A stretch of DNA of 64,000 nt from Lepidodermella squamata (Eukaryota > Animalia > Gastrotricha). The notes beneath the pieces were generated by a model that was given only the letters and a program-made list of their open reading frames with translations, was not told where the DNA came from and did no database searches. Within the stretch, counting starts at the first letter, position 1; every line of letters starts with the position of its first letter. Made by a program: the position numbers and the translations under genes. Below are positions 60,038 to 64,000 of the stretch, piece after piece. The stretch lies in assembly GCA_047495785.1 (NCBI GenBank), contig JBLDXI010000023.1, positions 558,001 to 622,000 of the forward strand, read 5' to 3'.

Positions 60038-63000
60038 ATGACGAAATATCTGAAATTACTGGCTTGCTTCTGCTTAGTCGCTGGATCAGCTTGCTCAGAT
60101 CTCATCAACAACGTATGTAATTATTAATTCGTCATAGCGGCGAGACAATTTGCCAACTTCTAAAAAGTAGCCTTTTCTTTCTACCAAATATAGTTATTCA
60201 GGTGGCCTATAGTCGTGGAATCAGGAAACCAATCTTCTCTTACAAACAGCTGTAAAGAGCAGTTTTATAGGGCGCGAATCTTTCCACGCTCTCGCCATTG
60301 ATTTCAGGATATTAGAAAATTATAACAAACAACCTTATAACCAACAATAATTAATTTCGTAGCTAATTTATTATCGCATAAAAGTCGAAATATTTATTAG
60401 CCCGCCGTATTCCGTTGTTTGAGACTGTGGCTTTCGTTCACTACTTTTCTCTCTGTCCTTCATAAAATTAGGCTTTTGTTCACGCCGCCGGAATCGGACA
60501 AATATCTACTGTTCGCCGCTTGCTCGAAAAAGGACTGGTCGATATCAACGCCAGAGTGCCAGCTAATGACGGGGATACAATCACAGCCCTGATCAAAGCC
60601 GTGAGCTCAAACGCTAGCTACGACTTGGTTTCGCTCCTGTTAGAAAAAGGTGCCAAAGTCAACGATGCGGAAATAAGTGCCTCAAATCGTACTGCTCTAA
60701 TATGGGCAGCTGCCTGGGGCCGGCTTGACATAACGAAACTGCTTGTTGAGAAGTACAAGGCAGACGCGAGGGTTCGAGATTCCTTCGGCAATACCGCCCT
60801 CATGTCGATGTTTGATCTCGCACTTGATGTAGAGCCTGAATACTTGAACCTCATGCGATACCTGTTGCCCCTCGTCGATCTCAGAGCTAGGAATGTGTAT
60901 AACCAAACGGCTCTGCATCTTGTCAGTGGAATTCTCTCGACAGGTAAGAAAAATACTAAATACAAAAGATGTAGGCAGTGGTGCGAGAACGGGGGGTAAG
61001 GGGGTAAATAAACCGAAAATTTCGTTCGAAAATTTCTGAAAAACGTAAGGGCCCCCCCCCTGTTGATTTGCAAATTTTGGTCTCAAAATGCTCGATTTAC
61101 TCCCCTCGGAATCCTGGATGTAGGCTTATTCCAGCCCAATTCGACGAGTGTTTTCAGAACTGTCCGGAATCATTTTCTTTGGTTAAAGCATCAAAAATTA
61201 GGAACTTTTTACGCCTGGAACTTTCGTCTGTGACGCAAAGGCGTGACAGGAAAATTCAAAAAGTGAAATCCACCTTAAAACATAGCCGGACTCGTCAATG
61301 GGCTCGCTCTCATACCCGTTGGGTATTTCGTCTGATATTTTTACTGAAATTGCCCCTCGATGGTATCAACATCTGTGCAAAAATTGGGCCAACAATAATA
61401 TTGATTACGGGGGAACATATTATTTAATAAATCTTGGATCAAAAATGGGGTACATTTTCAACAGGGTCAAACGATTGTTCTTAAAAGCTTTTCCGGTATA
61501 TGGGTTGCATATTCGGATTCAGCATCAAAACCTGAGCATTCCTAAATGTCAAATGCCATGTGATGATCCTTCGTATGCGACATCCTCTACTTTCTACTTT
61601 GGGAAAACCCTGAAGTTTCATATCAGCAAAATGTGGCGGTTACTATAGACGGTTTTTATATGGCCCTTCAAATGACCATGCCAATTTGGCCCCAACAACC
61701 TAAGTTAGCTGAGGAACATGATAAACTAAGTTACAATTACAACCAAATGGATGCTCTCAATTAGTTCAATTAGCTTAATTAGTTCTAACATAACTGGATG
61801 AATTTTGCTAATATCAAACAGTAAACTCCAGGGTTTTCCAACATTTGTGGAGGTGGTATCCGAACGATCGCAACCTGGCTTTTGACACGGCAATACTCCG
61901 TTTCTGATGCTGAAATACGCGGGGAGATTGCTAGATTGTTGGATCAATGGCTGAACCTTTTAAAGAGTTGTAATTAGTTCTAGAAGTGATGCAACCGGCA
62001 ACTTTTGCGTTATTTACGCCTTACAGGAATTCATAAGGAAAAACAGGACTTCGTAAGTGAAATTCCCACCAGAATCTGAACGCATGACTAATTGCCAACG
62101 AGCTTATTTATGAATAATATGAACAGATCCGCTTCCATTCGTCAAGTTGCTGGTGGAAACTATGGGTAGGCGGCTGGGCATGAACGCTCGCGACAAGGAT
62201 GGCAACACCCCTCTTCTGCTTGCTTCAAAAACCGGCCTCTCAACTGCCTTGGTTCGATACCTCATCGAAAAAGGCGCCGATACCAACGCAACCAACAACC
62301 TAAATGAAAACATGCTACTCGCTGCCTGCCAAGTCGATCGCCCTGACAAAAACCCGAACCCTCTTTCATTCATCAAAATTGCTGTTGAACTGGCTGGTAT
62401 TGACGTCAATTCTCAAAGCTTAGACGGGGAACGGTGTTTCAACCACCTCATGATTCGAAATGAGCTGTCTAATATCTATGATCCGGGTTTTCTTCCAATC
62501 ATGACATACCTTTTAAAGAAAGGCTACGACGTCAACAGCCAGTCGGGTGAGTTCGGCCTCACGCCTCTTATGTTAACAGCTTCGACCCTCCCAAGTCGGC
62601 CGAGATTGATGGATTTGCTGCTGGAAAATGGCGCTGATGTCAACGCGACAGATTACGACGGCAGGACGGCCATTGATATAACCACTGATTATATAAACTC
62701 GACAATGACAGTGGCGTATTTGCGTAGGCGAGGTGGCGTAACTGGGAAAGAGATTCGTAGAATAACGCCGGTGCCACGTCAAACTGTTACGCCTTTCGTG
62801 GAGAACGTCTTCACGCCCTGGTGGACCCCTTCCAGCTGGGGAACGCTGGAACCGCAACTTCCCGTCACGCAATCCAATCAGGAAAAACAGGACTTCGTAA
62901 GTGAAACTTAATTTTAGCTTATTTGCACCCTTTTCCACTTACAAGAAAAGTGCATGATTTTCGCTGCAAATTAAAATTGCATCTAAAAGCAAATTCAAAA

Positions 63001-64000
63001 ATAAAAACGAAGAAAACCAATTTTTTTGTATATTTTGTTTTAATTAGCATTTTTGCTCTTTCGTTGGGCATCAAGTGCGCGCGAGACCGTGGCGTAGGGA
63101 AGACCAGTATGACGCGGCGTCACTGATAACAGTGAATCGAACCACCAACCACCATCGAATCAATCATGCACCCCCAATCACTTACGCCACCCACTACTTC
63201 TCAAAGTATAATGCGGTTATCGTGCTGATCTCCTCCAGGAGGACATATATAACATGATTGTTAGGATCAAGGGAAAGGGCAGGATGTAAGGTGAAAAGAT
63301 TAAAGCCAACCACAGTAAGCTGTTTTGACGCGTCAAAAACGCTAAAATTACGCGATTGCTCGCATTTGGGGCTGACCTTGCGGCCAATTTTCAATGCCAT
63401 GGAATCTTTTCTTCGGGTTCTAACCATGACAGACGAATAGAACGCCCTCTGTTCCATAAACCCGAAAGATTTCAAGCCATCGGCTGCCAAGGCTTATCGC
63501 TTATAACGCGTCAAAAACGGAAAAACTGCGCTCCCCGACTTATCCGTGGGATTTTACCTTAAACTGTCCCTACCACTTCACACTTCAGTGAATTTTACGA
63601 CGTTTATCTCTGACGAAACAGTCACGTCTTCAATTGAAAATAGTTTGAAAACTTTCTTTTCTAGGTGCCTCGCTAATACGTTGTTGATATTTTTTCATAC
63701 CGTAGTCATACCGTAGTACTTCCGTAGTTTCCGTAGTTTTACCGTGGTGCCACGGAAAAACTACGTAGCAATCGATTAGACATTGTCATGCATTCAATGT
63801 GTTTGAGCCTTGATTTTCAGGACAGTTTCATGATACAGCTTCAAAATATTCAGAGTTAAATAGAGCGTAAAAATAATGCTGCAAGAGTCAGGAAATAGGT
63901 CTCCGATTTTCCAATCGTGTCTGATGAACATTTATGTTTTTTGCTTACATGTCACTAGGAATTCCTTGGCTACATAACCCACGGCAACTTGAGTGCTGTA
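60038..64000 (+). CDS. Signal-peptide-bearing ankyrin-repeat protein, copy 4 (runs off window)
   Basis: Exons 60038-60112 (MTKYLKLLACFCLVAGSACSDLINN), 60472-60943, 62127-62896 and 63959 to the window end (EFLGYITHGNLSAV). Confidence 0.8.

Noticed and set aside
60976-61065. hAT-like terminus CAGTGGTGCGAGAAC with G/C tracts
   Set aside because: No matching opposite end or TSD found, so not annotated as an element.
63700-63770. CRISPR-like or regulatory array (CCGTAG repeats)
   Set aside because: Five 6-bp units with 3-5-bp gaps; a simple repeat or transposon subterminal motif in eukaryotic DNA.
1-64000. Naming the host taxon; tRNA, rRNA or ribozyme genes
   Set aside because: The content supports an invertebrate animal but nothing more specific without a search. 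No convincing RNA gene or hammerhead core was seen by eye.

Overview
Eukaryotic (invertebrate animal-like) genomic DNA with short GT-AG introns, so most single ORFs in the track are exons. From left to right: (1) the 3' end of an ankyrin-repeat gene; (2) a 3-exon gene for a GPI-anchor-like protein with four Ly6/uPAR-like Cys domains; (3) a cluster of small secreted di-cysteine (galaxin-like) genes arranged as a duplicated A-B-C triplet plus a decayed copy, split by a young intact Ty3/gypsy LTR retrotransposon whose pol carries two tandem aspartic-protease domains; (4) an unknown multi-pass membrane gene; (5) a tandem array of four 5-exon ankyrin-repeat genes (~880 aa for the three complete copies), each starting with a signal-peptide exon the ORF track does not resolve; and (6) an intronless Cys-loop channel subunit with almost no M3-M4 loop. 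Also present are a full-length two-ORF RTE-like LINE, three LINE fragments and several MITE/foldback elements with readable TIRs and TSDs. Gene models were built by hand from splice signals, reading-frame phase and paralog comparison. No database search was run, so family names rest on motif recognition.
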